In this document: positions 1 to 12,816 of the stretch, piece after piece | Numbering within the stretch: the stretch's first letter is position 1 | How the letters are laid out: each line of letters begins with the position of its first letter | NCBI GenBank assembly: GCA_905178155.1 | Contig: CAJINV010000004.1 | Coordinates: forward strand, 2,854,460 to 2,918,459 | Source: Amoebophrya sp. A120 | Lineage: Eukaryota; Protista; Dinoflagellata | Length of the DNA stretch: 64,000 bases | Direction: 5' to 3' | Position numbers and translations under genes: made by a program | The notes under the pieces: generated by a model | The model's database searches: none | What the model was told of the DNA's origin: nothing | The model's input: the letters and a program-made list of their open reading frames with translations, nothing else

Positions 1-156
1 AGCAGCATTACAGATCTAGTATCTCGTGCTGATTGGAGCATGACAAATTTCAAAACCGCATTAGAAAATGCTTCTCATGGGGCTCCGCATGAGAAACATT
101 TTAAGCATGCAGAGTTGCATGACAACTATGGTGTGGGTACGTTTTTACTCAGGATA
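1..156. mobile_element. Introner, family G (partial)
   Basis: Right end gtgtgggtacgtttttactcaggata; reverse-oriented relative of 18385-18666. Confidence 0.65.
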
Positions 157-1782
157 CTCTTATGTATCGCTTCTGGCCCGTTTCGCGGAGTTTGGGCATT
201 ATCGAATGCAAATACGTCTGGGTCTGGAAAGGTGGAACTTGTGTTGCATGTCCTGCATTTCTGAAAAATCTGTATTGCATAGCCACCAAGCGCGCGACTC
301 TTTTGTGATGCAAGAACGCAGCTTGTCATGCGTGCTACGCATCAGACGGCGCCAACTAAACTTGTCATGCATGGCTGCACTTGAAAACACCAGACTCATC
401 CATGCCTCAGCATCACAAGTTTCCAGACCCAGACATATTTGCAATCCATAGGCATTGGCGCATTACGATGCCCGTTGAGGACGTTCTCGAGGTATCGCAA
501 GACAAAACTTTCTCCGCGGCAAGAACTTGTGACGCACTACTTCGTCCTTGAGACAGTTTTTTGTCATGCTGGTAATGCAAGAGAGGCAGCCTTCCTTGAT
601 GTGTGTTCTCGTGATGCAGCTGTGGTCTACTGATCGCATCAAAGATGAGTCTGCAAAGGTTGGAGATTGAGACACTTTTTTCATCTTGCGATACGATGGC
701 GTCTAGATGCAGTTCCCGCTTGAACTCCCACATTTCTTTCTTTCGCTGCTTCAGCCGTGGTGACCTGCAAATGAATCGAAGATGAAGAAATTATCTCATT
801 ATACAACTTTAAAGATAAAGTACAAAACTGTTGCAGTTGCTCCTTCAGCTTCAAAAGCAAAACTTACCTGTCATCCGGCAGAAAGTCTTTTCGGAATTCG
901 CTCGCGGACGTGCTATGCAACGCAAAAGTGATTCTCTTGTGCTGCAGTTCTGGGATCTTCAAATAATGAAACCAGATCACATATGATCTTGCATATCGTT
1001 TTGCCTCCAAAGAATAAGAAATAGGAGGCATAATTCGTGGTTGTAATGAGTAGAATTCTTCAATATAATGGTTTACGCTTCTCCATGCTCCTCTGTACGA
1101 CTTCAGGCTACTTCGCACGACGTATCTATGTAGCTTTCTAATTTTAGCGCACGAGAACAATTTTTGTCTTCTTTGTTCACCCTGGATACGTGAACTCGGC
1201 TTCATATTTGTTGCCGAAGTCACTCTATCGAAGGCAAAGATATCTGGGTCGTCTGGATAAACAAGCAGGTACCTACTGGATTCGGCATGCAGAGCCTTGC
1301 ATGACAGAGCAACCTTTTGTAGGACATGAACGCAACACCACAAGTTTTTCTGGTCTTCTAGGCGAATTCGACCGTGCGTCGCATGACAAACTGAAACTTC
1401 CAGCAAGATAGACAACATCAAATGTGGCCACTTGCATTCCCGCATGACAGATCTCGCTGCCCTTCAACTTATTTCGCATTACAAGTGTTTTCCAGAGGAC
1501 CGCCCAGACATATTTGCAATGCATACGTCCTTCGTCTGCAGCTCTTCCTGTGGTATTCCTAATGCTATTCTCGCGGCGTCTATCCAGGAAAAAACACCCA
1601 TCGATCCCCATCATCCATTTTTTGCATTCCAAATAATGGACTTTATGCATGTTTTGCATGACAAATTGGACGGGGCTGGGTGTTTTTTCCTGGATAACGT
1701 CGACAGCGGAAGGGCCGTAGTGCTCCTGCAGGTGGTGCAACCGGAGCGTGACCGGGTCCGTGTGCCCCTTGCTTTTCGACAT
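1..1782 (-). CDS. Hypothetical protein, multi-exon, 3' part beyond window start
   Basis: Removing the introners and one GT-AG intron (~767-868) joins an open frame: MSKSKGHTDPVTLRLHHLQEHYGPSAVDAARIALGIPQEELQTK..DFGNKYEAEFTSASEFRKDFLPDDRSPRLKQRKKEMWEFKRELHLDAIENVLNGHRNAPMPKLRETGQKRY. No family recognised. Confidence 0.6.
200..450. mobile_element. Introner, family B (tgtctgggtctgga TIR)
   Basis: TAT..ATA; DR ggcat/ggcat. Confidence 0.85.
493..693. mobile_element. Introner (tatcgcaaga TIR)
   Basis: tatcgcaaga..tcttgcgata; DR cgagg/cgatg. Confidence 0.8.
914..1188. mobile_element. Introner, decayed
   Basis: tatgcaacgcaaaag..cctggata; DR cgtgc/cgtga; frame restored. Confidence 0.65.
1226..1525. 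mobile_element. Introner, family B, decayed DR
   Basis: tatcgaaggcaaagatatctggg..cccagacatatttgcaatgcata; flanks cactc/cgtcc. Confidence 0.7.
1581..1696. mobile_element. Introner, family F
   Basis: Perfect 20-bp TIR tatccaggaaaaaacaccca; DR gcgtc/acgtc. Confidence 0.85.
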
Positions 1783-1971
1783 TTTTTGCGTATTTGTTTT
1801 CTTATTCACAAAAATGAAGGCAACTAGTACTACAACAATCAAAGAAGCCACGCTGCGAAGAGATCATGGTGTAAGAAGTAGTTTTTCATCACCTTGACCG
1901 GCTTGTTCTGATTATATCGACCTTGTTCTTCCCCTAATACTTCTGAAAGGTGTAAAAATTCTTGCCACGAT

Positions 1972-3452
1972 CTGCACGACCACGTAGCTCGTCCTGCTTT
2001 CATTTTTATTTTATAACGTTCTAAAATCCGACCAAAAGTGGAATGGTTCGGAAAATCTTCGCCCGATGGTATGAGACCTCCTCGTAGAGGTCCCTTGAGG
2101 ACCTCCCTTGGGGACCTCCGGGAACGCCTCGAAAGGCCAGACTTCGGCTCGCACCTTTCCGCAGGACAAGGTCAGCGCCCCCCACTCCTGAAGCGAAGTG
2201 AACGGCCAACCCCGGGGCCCCGACCTGAAGGCGGACGCGCGGGCTTCTGCCAACACTGTGGCGGACTTGTAGGGCCCAAGCTGCGCATGGTGGAAACGCC
2301 ACGCAGCCTGCCGCTCGAAAAAAAAAGTTGCGAAATCTGAGCGAAGGGCTCACAAGCTTCGCCCAAAAACGCCATCCCGCTGGCCAGCGCCTGTTGCTTC
2401 ATTGCAACAATGGCCGCGCGCCATGAGCTTCACTAAAGTAACCAACATGTCTTCCGCGACAGGCGAGCTTCAGAGGCCGTGGCAAATTGGTGGACAAGAC
2501 AAGACGGGCGTCTAGCTAGTCTCCGATATGATAGCTTTCCGCGCCCGCTTCACCGTCATGCTTCCGGAGCCGCGCAAATTGCCCCAAAGGCTACGCGACT
2601 CCGTGCGGCGGCCTTTTTACCCGNTATAACTGCTACGCACGACATATATATTATATAAGGCAAACTTTGGGGCCGGAGAGGGTAGGGTAGAGGTTGGGGA
2701 GAGGTTCGGGAGAGGTAAAATAGAGGGTCGGAGAGGTAAAGTAGAGGGTCGGAGAAAATGAGAGGGTCGGGGAGAGGTAAAACGAGAGGGAAAATAGAGG
2801 TAAGGGAGAGGGTGCGTAGTATGTACGCCCTTAAAGCGCGCCTATACGCGCGCAGAGGTAGGGTAGAGGTTGGAGAGAGGTCAAATAGAGGATAGGGGAA
2901 GAGGGTGCAGAGGGTCGGAGAGGGTGCGCAGTATAGGGAGACCCTCTAGGCGACCCTCTACCGCGACCCTCTCCCGGGGCCTCTATTTTACCTCTCGGCC
3001 GACCCTCTCGGGACCTCCCCGACCCTCTCCCGGACCCTCTCCCGGACCCTCTCCGGGAACCTCTCCGACCCTCTCCCGGAACCTCTCAGACCCTCTCCCC
3101 GACCCTCTCCCGGACCCTCTCCCGGACCCTCTCCCGGAACCTCTACCGGAACCGCCCTTGCAGTGCAGTTCGCCCGCCTGCGCGCACTACCTGTATCTTA
3201 AAGTAAGAATGCAACTAGGGCCCTCCCCCTGGGGGGGCGCGGCGCCGCGCCTTAACGTAGGCGGCCACCTAGGGTGGCCGCAACTTCACACAACGCCCGC
3301 GCGCGGGCAACAGGTGCGGCGACTTTGTAGCGCAGTGAAAGTGGTTGTGACCAAAGTAGCGAAAGTGTGCCTGTGCCCGCTGTCTCTCGGCGCATAAGTA
3401 CCTGCACGACCACGTAGCTCGTCCTGCTTTCATTTTTATTTTATAACGTTCT
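1972..3452. mobile_element. 1379-bp insertion (2023-3401) flanked by a perfect 51-bp direct repeat
   Basis: ctgcacgaccacgtagctcgtcctgctttcatttttattttataacgttct at 1972-2022 and 3402-3452. One N at 2624. Confidence 0.75.
2676..3152. repeat. Fold-back minisatellite: GA-rich arm facing a complementary CT-rich arm
   Basis: gagagggtcgg-type units at ~2676-2926, then ccggaccctctc-type ~12-nt units at ~2940-3152. Confidence 0.8.
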
Positions 3453-4754
3453 CTTGTTCATCATCTTCGAAAACCAAAACTATTTTTAGGCATGAAGCTG
3501 CATAACTCATCATCATCCTCAACAAGAAGGCCACTTTCATATTATCTCCCCATGCTCCTGGGCTAGATCTTTGTCTTTCCCGCCCACGGTCCGACAATGA
3601 AAATCCGAAGCACGACGACGTATTTAACGAGGACCCAACCGAAATTTCGGGACAGAGGACAAAAGAAAGACGGATAGTTGTGGTCCAGCTTCAAGAACAA
3701 CTCGAGGACTGTCCATCAACCCATGAGGCTTTTTTGTTTTATTCATAACAACAGTCTGCAACAAGAACGACTTCTATCAATAATAGTTGACCCACCGAAT
3801 TTTTCAACAAAAGTCATGCACTCAAAAAATTAAGACATATATACGAATCCTTCAATATCTTCGCCTGAAGCCATGATCGCCAGAACAAGACAGCGTGGTC
3901 GAAATTACTGCCCCTTCAAGTGCTTGCAATTACACCTACTTTTTACGTAAACGTTTTTTCTTTTTATCATACGTAGGTTCGCTTTTCGCAGTTCGATAGT
4001 ATCTACGATGTTCTTGCTAGAGCACAAAAAAAAAGCATATCCATATATAGACTCAGATGTACTACAGCCTCGTGATTTGGTGCTCGACGACGTCCTTGTA
4101 GTAGTACCTGTGCGTAGTACTGCCGGTGCAATTTTTATGGCTTGCAAATGTATAAAAAAGTCTGGGCCTGTACAACAGATCTTCTGCTGCTGATGAAAGT
4201 TAATGATGGAGCATCTCGCTGCTCTTGCTCTCGTGTGCAGCCTAGAATGGCAAAGATTTTGCAGCGACGTTGGGCGTACGCGTACCAGCGTAGCGAGGGC
4301 GATCGTTACAAATAAAAACTGCGTTTTTGTATGATAAGAGAGGTACTCGCGCTTGTGATGTTACTCCTGCAATATTACAGACTTGGTTTGTATGCAAGTC
4401 ATCAAGCAATACAGGTTCCACTTTATTTAAGAACTCCAGACCCGAATGACACTACATTTCCATTTGCCACGTTGATAGCATTTATTTTTGTTTTCGTCAC
4501 GTTGTCGTTCCGTGGTCCATGAGGAGCTGCAGTTGATGAATTTCGAGCACCCACCATGCAAGAAAACCCTGTGTAAAGTGAAAGTAAGTCTGTAGGAGCT
4601 AATGCAAAGCATGCATCAACACAGTTACATCCTGGCATGCTGGAGGTGGTCAGCTATGAAGTACATTTTCGCGTAAAAACAGCCGTGCACAAAGGCCTTT
4701 TTCTGTCTTCATGCAGACTGAAGTTGTTCTTACGCTGTCACTGGTCCATGCTCG

Positions 4755-7700
4755 TCATGCGCATGCGCATGACATCACCGTACTTTGTTCACTAAACACA
4801 GTTTTTTCCACCTTGGATACCCACATCCGCAGAAACAAGGCGGGCGCCGCACTCTGCGCAGCGAACCAGCCCACGGGCGGGCCCACGCCCGGCACGGCGA
4901 TCAGCAGAATTAATAGCATATGCATTGCAAAAGTATCGCACCCGTATTGCTCGCGGTTATGCATGTGCATGACAGATCAATCTACTCTCTAATCTGAAAC
5001 AGCATGACAAATGCAAATTTCAGTTTGTTGTTTCCGGAAAATTTGCAAATTATGTAATGTTGAAATTTCCACCAACACGATAGTTTTGCAATTCATATGG
5101 CAGCCCAAAACCGAACAGTTCCGGCTCGTGTGCCGAGCGCGTTTGGTATGAGCGTGCGCGGCTACTTACCGCCCCCACCCCCTTTTATTTTTGAAATAGC
5201 CTAACAGGTGCAATGGATAATGGAATGAACGCCAGGGCCAGCAGCCGAGCAAACATGGACTCTGTGCATGAAAACAAATTCCTGGTGCGCCTGGATCTGA
5301 AATAATTTATTTGCATGACACATGGGAGGGAATGAAGCAGAAGTCCTCGTGCGCTGTTCTCATATGTCGCTCCACCGGCGGTCCAGGAAAGGCGTCGGAG
5401 CTGCAGACGACTTAGTGGAAGAAGAGTAAGCGGCGCCACCGGGAGCATTTTTTTCTGATGTAGAATTACCGCCCCCGCCCCGGTTGAACTTTCCGTAGCG
5501 ATTTTGCACGGAAGCAGTGGCCGCTGTCACGAGAGAAGAGAGGGCGCCCGCGCTCTTGCTGAGGAGGCGCTTGGCAGGTGAGGCAGGTGCCGAGGCTTCT
5601 CCATGCTCGAGATCGAATCCGATTGCACAACCCCCCCTCGAACGTCCCCCTGAATTGTGTGATATGAGCCATAAGTAGCTGAGACACACACTCGTCAAGT
5701 AGAACTGTTGTAGCTTCTGCATCACAAATCCGGGCATGCGCATGGGCTTGGCTTGTTCCGCAGTCATTTGATATCATGCGATCAGTACCAAAAGGCAGCA
5801 AGAATAACTCCGCGAGGACTTGTTCGCCTTCTTCTTGGTACTTCTACTTCGCACGTTGAGAAATAAGGAGAACATCAAGGCGGAGTTGTGTTGAACTCGT
5901 CTCGTAGGCCACCAGAAGCAGCAAGATCTTGAAGACCTTGTTCGGGGCCCCGCTGCCGCGCGTCATCACTCCTCATCATCTTCGACCTCGTATGCAAGCA
6001 GAAAACTGCGAAACAAGGTGTAACCTTGTGTACTAGTTGCATATTACGTGGTGATGTGTAAAACAGTTATAATTACTTCTTCTTGCGAATCTGCATGACA
6101 TGTTGCGTCTTTTTAGACTAGTTCCGTACTTTTTTAAGTACTTTCTGGTGCAGCAACAGGCCGGAATTCTGTACAAATAATAAACGAAATGAAATTTGTA
6201 TAACAAGTATGCAAATGTTGTTCCTGCTCCGATAAAAAAGCTACACTCGTCACAGAAGCTACAGCTACTACAGTTACACTACAATTTGTCTCTTGGATAC
6301 GTCGCCATTACCACCTCCGGTGGTGGCAGCCGTCCAGTTTTTTTGTAGCGAAAGTAGGCGTCGCGCGGCACGAATTCCAGCCGACGGTGCTCTTGGTGGT
6401 AGAACAGCACGCAGTCCGGGTGCTCGCGGAGCCGGGCAATGACCGGGTCCAATACCTCGCGACAGAGCGCGGATACGGCGATGAAGTAGGACACAAACTG
6501 CAGCAGGTTTGGCGTCAGGAAGGGAAGGAAGAAGGTCATATGGAAGCGTCAGGATTGAAATCGTCAAAGTTGAAATAACTTGTAATGCATAAAATCGATA
6601 CCAGTTGGAAGCCCAATTTTCAAGCGGTGCATGACAAATTTCGGCAACGTGTAAATCCAGTTTGTCATGCTGTTTTGGGACAGAAGGCGTCTTTTGTCAT
6701 GCTACTTCAGCAGCTCTACCGCACACCCCAAACAGGCTGACTGTCGGCCTCACTTGCCATCCCGGCAAGAGAGGCACTTCATGCCTTGCAATTTATGCAT
6801 GAGAAATTATTTCAACTTTGACGATTTCAATCCTGACGCTTCCATACGTCACGCAGGCACAGTAAAAGGCGCGCTTCAGCCCCAGTTTGTCGTAGATCAC
6901 AAAAAATTGGAAGACCTGGTACCCGTACCGAAATCGCGCCTGGTGCGAGGAAGCAGAGGAGGAAAATGAGGATGATGGAGCTACTGCAGAAGCTGCTGCA
7001 CCAAGACTATGATCGGAACCGTCACCACCATCGTCAGGCGAAGAGCTACTTGCACTGCCCTCTGCGGTACCGACGCCGGTGATTCGGCTATGCATTGCAA
7101 AAGTATGATCCTCGCGCTCCAGAGCTAGTGTGCGCTTGGGCGTAGCCTGTGCCTGCTTCATCGTCCCAAGTTCTTAAAATCACGCCCAGTTTGTAGTGCT
7201 GGCGAAGGCCGCCCCCGTCGTGGGACACTAGATGTAGATTTTTTGTCATGCTGTATTCACTTCAGGTTCAGTAGTTGCACGAGGTGGACGAGCTCGATAA
7301 ATGTTATACTTTGTTTTGCAGAGGGTAGAGGCCTGTTGCAGCCGTTGGTCCTCCACCGAGCGTTGAGAAAAGGTAGAAACCGATGAGCACGAGGACCCCG
7401 ATCTATCCTGTGCAAAAGTATCGTACTCGTATTGCAGTCATGCATTACAAATTTTTTTCTTAAGCTGCGTCAGCATTACAAATTTTATTTCTAATGCTAA
7501 GGTGGAAATTTGTAATGCATTCATAACGTCGAGTACGATACTTTTGCAATTCATACGATCAGGTTCCGCACAACTCTGTAGGCCATGGCGTCCACAGTGT
7601 TCGAAACCGCTGGGAGGGCCTGTATTTGCTCCACGAACTCATCGACGTTGGAAATGGGCAGGGTCGAGTACTGCTCCAGCTCTGGTCGTGCAATTCCTCC

Positions 7701-9034
7701 ACCAGGAGCAGAAAGGCCGCCCCCGGGAGGTGGTCGTCCGGGTGGTCCTGCCCATGCAGGTCGTCCTTCGTCCCCACGACCTATGCATTGTTTGCAAAAG
7801 TATTGTACTAGTATAAATCGCAATACAAATTGGCTCAGCATTACAAATTAAATTTGTATATGCGGATTTACCCTAGCAAGTAGATTTGTAATGCATAATT
7901 GCGATCAGGATCACTACGAGTACGATACTTTTGCACAGGATACGACCACGAGAGGAGCAGCTACTAGAAGAACTACCTCCGTCCAGCATGAGAGGCCGCT
8001 GAAATTTCGCGTTGCAGCGGTGCAGCAGGTCCTTGAGGGCCAGGAAGAAACAGGTATCCAACTTCTTGAAAAAAAGGTACCGGATCAGAAGCAGGTGCAC
8101 CAGGGGCGCGATGCGCAGAAAGCAGTGCAGAAAAAACCACTCGTACTCCGCACCGATATCGAGCAAGTCGCGCGCAGTCTGGTGAAACCGAAACAGGTAG
8201 AGACACCCGGTGAGCCGCTACGAAAAGAAAAAATGCCCGCGCCGCCCGCGCCTCCGATCCCGAAGATCCCGAAGGGAGCAAATGACTTCGCACAAGAAGA
8301 AGAACTTCTCGAACTCGATGAGTTTTTGATTTTGTATTTCTTTTTTTTACAACATATTGGTGCAACATGCCCATCATGCGCTTGTCTTCAACAATGAAGA
8401 ATTATTTCCTTCACTGGACGCAAGTTCTCGATAAAAAAAAAGGGCGATCTTATATTTAACACACTTTTTTCTCTCGGTGGGTTCATCTGCTGGGGCCGGC
8501 TGCTGGAGGCGGGGCGGGTTTTCGTCAGCACGTTGCGTAGTAACAACAGGGGAGACACGAACACCAAGACCGTCAGTGTGAGAAACCCGAGAATCACAAA
8601 GGCCTGCGCCCGAAAAAATTCCAGCAGCTCCCGGCGGATGGCCCGGGACCGAAGCGAAAAAATCAGTCCGTCGCAGACCGCCTTGCGGCACCCGACGAAG
8701 AAATTTCGGGTGAAGTCGAGCACGTACTCCTCGTCGGTGGGGTATCCACAGAGAATCAGTAAAACTTCCCGCACGCGCTGATGTACAAAAGCGGTCTCTA
8801 CTGCACGACAAAAAAAATGATTTTCCTTCATCCTATTGCTATTCAGCATGACAAGCGTCATGCTTCCAGTTGTCGAAATTTTTGATGTATTTCGTACGTC
8901 GTGTACAGGAAATTTGTATTGCATAGGGGGAAAAAGAAATCTTCCACGACCTTCAGTTCCAGACTGTCGCGCCACTTTTGAGGCAAAAAAGTCCGCTTCC
9001 ACCGACTGTAGTAGGTCGTCCTCCTGCCGCTCAT
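4755..9034 (-). CDS. Multi-pass membrane protein, EI24/CysZ-like; multi-exon, ends uncertain
   Basis: Spliced segments VVEDFFFPTDEEY..IFSLRSRAIRRELLEFFRAQAFVILGFLTLTVLVFVSP, CACVTFFLPFLTPNLLQFVSYFIAVSALCREVLDPVIARL and EPELFGFGLLLILLIAVPGVGPPVGWFAAQSAA resemble the EI24/CysZ helix pattern (..E.LD....R; GFG...LLL.IP.VG). Joining them into one gene is inferred. Confidence 0.45.
4919..5097. mobile_element. Introner, family A (TAT-N5-gcaaaagtatcg)
   Basis: DR tagca/tggca; joins FGFGL|LLIL. Confidence 0.8.
6539..6846. mobile_element. Introner, family C
   Basis: 40-bp TIR tatggaagcgtcaggattgaaatcgtcaaagttgaaataa; DR ggtca/cgtca. Confidence 0.9.
7404..7555. mobile_element. Introner, family A
   Basis: DR cgatc/cgatc. 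Confidence 0.85.
7782..7942. mobile_element. Introner, family A
   Basis: DR cgacc/cgacc. Confidence 0.85.
8743..8925. mobile_element. Introner, family D
   Basis: tatccacag..aaatttgtattgcata; DR tgggg/ggggg. Confidence 0.75.
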
Positions 9035-10293
9035 AGTACCGCTCAAGGAAGACGATGTGGACGGCGCGAGCCTCGGCGTCAAGAATATAAACCGCAGCCT
9101 CATGTTCGATTTCTTGTGCTGGTATCACAACTGTAACTTTAGTTATACGCTTTTAAAGGTTAAAGATGAAGACCAACAGTTTAATATTGCCCATACAACC
9201 AGAAGGAGAAGTCAAGGTGAAGGTCAACAAAGAAATACAGAAATATATTCTACGTCTACAAGGAAAAGGCGGGAGTCGAGGTCGCTTCAACCTTGACTTT
9301 GTTCTTTGTCACGCACAACCACCGGGGTAAACTTCATACATACGAATCGCACCTCTTTGTTCTTCTTGCGCATGTGACTGATAAATTTTGATGGAGGCTG
9401 GCTTCAGATAGATCCTGATACAGGCAGGTGATAGATCTTAAAAGAGATAGATAGATCTTACCGACCTGGTGGCAACCTTTCTTATTGCCAATAAAAGTGT
9501 AAAATTTTTGTGAGATCGTTCGGGGGCGGAAGCCATACTCCCTCCACACTTCCAAGGTGGCGGTCAAAGTGATCATCTTCATCTCAGATGGAGATGGACT
9601 GGAAGCTTGTACCAGAACTCTAGGATTGCAAAAACAACCACACGAGCATATCTATCATTCAACGTGAAGACGTCGAAACCTCCTCGACATGAATGAGAAA
9701 AGACGATGAATCCGAACCACATTGTTTTCACTTCTGATCACGTAAGAAAGACCAGAGGACGACTAGGACCATGAGAAGGGGACCTACATATAAAAAGCGC
9801 GTGGCATCTTATTTGTAGCATGGGGCAAATACGCTTAAAGTTCAACGACCATGTGCTCGTAGTACTTTACTTATGTAGAAGAGCACGAGGTGGAGACGAT
9901 GCTGAAGAACAATTATCCGCGGCCCCTGTTGCATTTTATTTCATGCGGACCACGCCGGAAGTCTGTGGCGTTCGCACGATCGTAATTGTTGCAGAAGCAG
10001 AATGCGCTTGATGAAGATGTTGCTCAGTGTGACTATCGGCCATTAAAATGGGCATATGTAGTTGAGCACAGCGGGTCGCGCAGAGACAAAATGGAGACAG
10101 CACTTGATCTTATTCTTAATGTTTGTTTCCTTGTAGGCATGTGCTCTACTGCAACTGTCTCTACGTGGGCTAGTATGCCATCCGCACATGTCTCTGCTTT
10201 CGGGGCGGACAGCAAACAGAGATTGTGCTGGATAGAAAGATAAGAATTGGCGCCTTGATGTTCTCATGATGTTCTCTACTACAACAGAACAAC

Positions 10294-12816
10294 TTACTCG
10301 CCACCTGCTCCACTTGCCGCATCTCCCGCCACCGCTTTTGCTTTTTCCCTTCCCCGTCCTTTCCGCGTGCTTTTTTTATTCTCGTGCTTTTGCATCGGCT
10401 TCGAAGTTGTTCTGCTCTTCTGGTTCATTTTATTTCCACTCGCCGCGTTGTTCTTTTGGGTTGTACCAGAGGATGATTTTTTCCATTTGTCTAACACCGA
10501 AAGCTTCTTCTTGTCCATCTTTGGATGTTGTTTCATCGTTTGATTTCCCTTACCTCCTTTGTTCGCTTTAGAAGTCGTGGCGCTGTTGATTTCCACCGTT
10601 CCCGGGTTTCCTGCAGTAGATGCTGTTGAAGACCCTTCTTTTTTGTTCTTGCGGGACCACGAGAAGGGGTTAAACTTCGCCCTACTTGTCGTATTTTTAG
10701 AGCCATTGGTTGTTGAGGCGGAAGAGGTTGCTCTCGTCCCGTCTACGTCGGCTCCTTCGATCATATCGACATCGTCGTCCTCCTCGTCTTCTTCTTCCCC
10801 TCCGATTCGCTTGACGACGCGGTCCTGCTTTCGTTGCTCGAATTGCTCCTGTATGGATTGCAAATATCATGTCTGGCACTGGCTCTCTGGAAGTACATTG
10901 CGAGATCATCTGTGGTCAACATGCTAGTTTGGCAGGTCGCGGACTCTGAGCTCTGTATACATAATTTTTCTTGCGTGGGCACCAGGAGGACCTCGTGTTG
11001 TCTGTCATAAGACGCTGTAGTGTCTCATGCGAAATTATACGCAAAGCAGAACGACCGCGAAAAAATATGTCATGCTTGGTCGTGGCGCACGTGGAATAGT
11101 ACTTCAGTGCGCTCAAACTATTCATCGCTGACATGCATCTTCCCAACTTTATTCCAGACCTAGATGAATATTTGCGATGCATATCCCGCTTCGCGCGCAG
11201 CTGCTCCCGGTGCTGCTGGTCCGCTTCCAGTTTTTCCTGTTTCAGCGTCTTCTGCTTTTCCGCGTCCAGCATGCGCTTTGCCACCTGCGCCTGTTCCCGC
11301 GCGGTCTTTTGCAGGAACTCCTGAAACAGGATACTGCCCTCGTAAAACCCCGTCTCGCCCTTCAGCAATTTCAGCGTCATCCGCGGCCCGATCTCCACCA
11401 GTTTCACCGCCACGGAGTTCTTCTTGCGGCGTGCCGCATCCTCTGCCCCTGAATTCATTTTGGCGTGGTGGGCCGACGATATGTCGTGGTTACATACGTT
11501 TTTTTTGCTTGTGAGCAAGATAGTACATTAAGTAGCGAGAACGTCTCTGCTCATTGAGTAGTTGCCCTTCATGAATGTTGATGCACTACTTCTCATCTTC
11601 ACTACGCATTAGCACTACTGGAAGCTGCCTTCTGCCCCGTGGTTCAACATCTTGGTGGAACTACCTCAGTAGAAGATCGAAGAACAACTCCCTCGGATCG
11701 ACGCAGCGTCAGTAAGTAATACTGGCCGCAGCTGCTCCCCTCCTGATTTAAAAACCACCGCGCGGCGGAATTTGAACAGAGAGCAACTACTAGAAAACAA
11801 ACTACGTTCTGGTTGTACAGTACAACTTGTACTAGGTCAACACAACACCAACTCGTACCATAATTTTCCGCGTCCCCCTGTTTCCTTCTCGTCGTCCAGC
11901 CCGGGGCGGTCTCTTCCAGCAGCATGGACTCCCCACCCTCGCTGTCTGAGTCGCACCCGCCCGCGCCCTGATTCAACAGGTAGTTACACACGTCCTTCTT
12001 GCGGTTCACAAAGGTCGGCTTCATCAGCTTCTGCACAGTGCGCGACACGTCCGCGGCGTGGTTCTCGACGATTCCGTAGTGCCGGAAGTAGAGCAGCTGC
12101 TTCTTCTGGTCGTAGTTGAACAAGGCCACGCGACGGCACCGCTTCGTGGAGAACGTGTTCACGTCGACCGCTGGAAACATGTTCTTGAGCGCCGTGGCGA
12201 CCAGGTGCAGGCTGGCGGCGGACGTCGTAGAGTTAGAAGATGCGGAGGTTGTACTTGTTGGTCGTGTGGTCGACGTGGTGGTCCCACTGCTAGTAGCGCA
12301 ACTACTGTTCTTGTTCCCCGCAGCATCCACACCAGCCTCCTCCTGTGCAGCAATATCTTCGGGAACAACATCTTGCAACCGCATGCCGTTCAACAACAAC
12401 AAAGGCGGCTGCAGGTAGTCCTTGGATGCGTCCCGGGGCTTCTTCTGGAAGCTCTTTACGTCCTTGCACGTGGTGAACTCCTTCAGCACGAAGGTCAGGG
12501 TGGGGCCCTGGGGCAGCTTGCCAATCTTGAAGTAGCAGTAATCCGTGTTCTGGCTAAATTGGTTCACGTGCGTCACGTGGAAATGCGAGGCCACGTTCAC
12601 GAAGTCGCGCATCTTGTTCATCCGAGACTCCTTCAGCTTCAGGGCCGAGTTCGGAGCGCACACGTGCCGAAAGTCCTGGACCAGCTCCTGGAGCGTTTTA
12701 TCCACTTTGCCCTTCTTCACGACAAAGCATTTTGGCGTCTTGCGCGTCTCTTCCTCGCCCGCAGCCGCGACCTTGTGCGTGCGGGTCTTCTTCCGCTTGT
12801 TGCCGGCACGGGGCAT
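10294..12816 (-). CDS. PPAN: Brix-domain 60S ribosome biogenesis protein Ssf1/Peter Pan
   Basis: N-term MPRAGNKRKKTRTH..PKCFVVKKG..LVQDFRHVCAPNSALKLKESRMNKMRDFV, KLPQGPTLTF, CRRVALFNYD..YFRHY, and Brix sigma70-like motif VKLVEIGPRMTLKLLK. Introner 10852-11183 joins AKR|EQFEQ. Confidence 0.9.
10852..11183. mobile_element. Introner, family B, decayed
   Basis: tatggattgcaaatat..atatttgcgatgcata; DR tcctg/tcccg. Confidence 0.8.

Noticed and set aside
2870-3397. 175-aa Pro-rich ORF (PDPL repeats)
   Set aside because: It is the translation of the fold-back minisatellite; no domain signal.
7089-7308. Complete introner starting tatgcattgcaaaagta at 7089
   Set aside because: Only one end is recognisable; I found no matching DR or frame-restoring junction.
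7559-7990. PLVVVGTKDDL as a small-GTPase G4 motif after splicing
   Set aside because: That frame has an upstream stop and no P-loop. The alternative frame stays open and fits the membrane protein.
8926-9128. N-terminus MIPAQEIEH... of ORF 8388..9128
   Set aside because: It reads through an introner. Removing element plus 5 nt links the downstream exon to the MSGRRTT...VVEDFFF frame instead.
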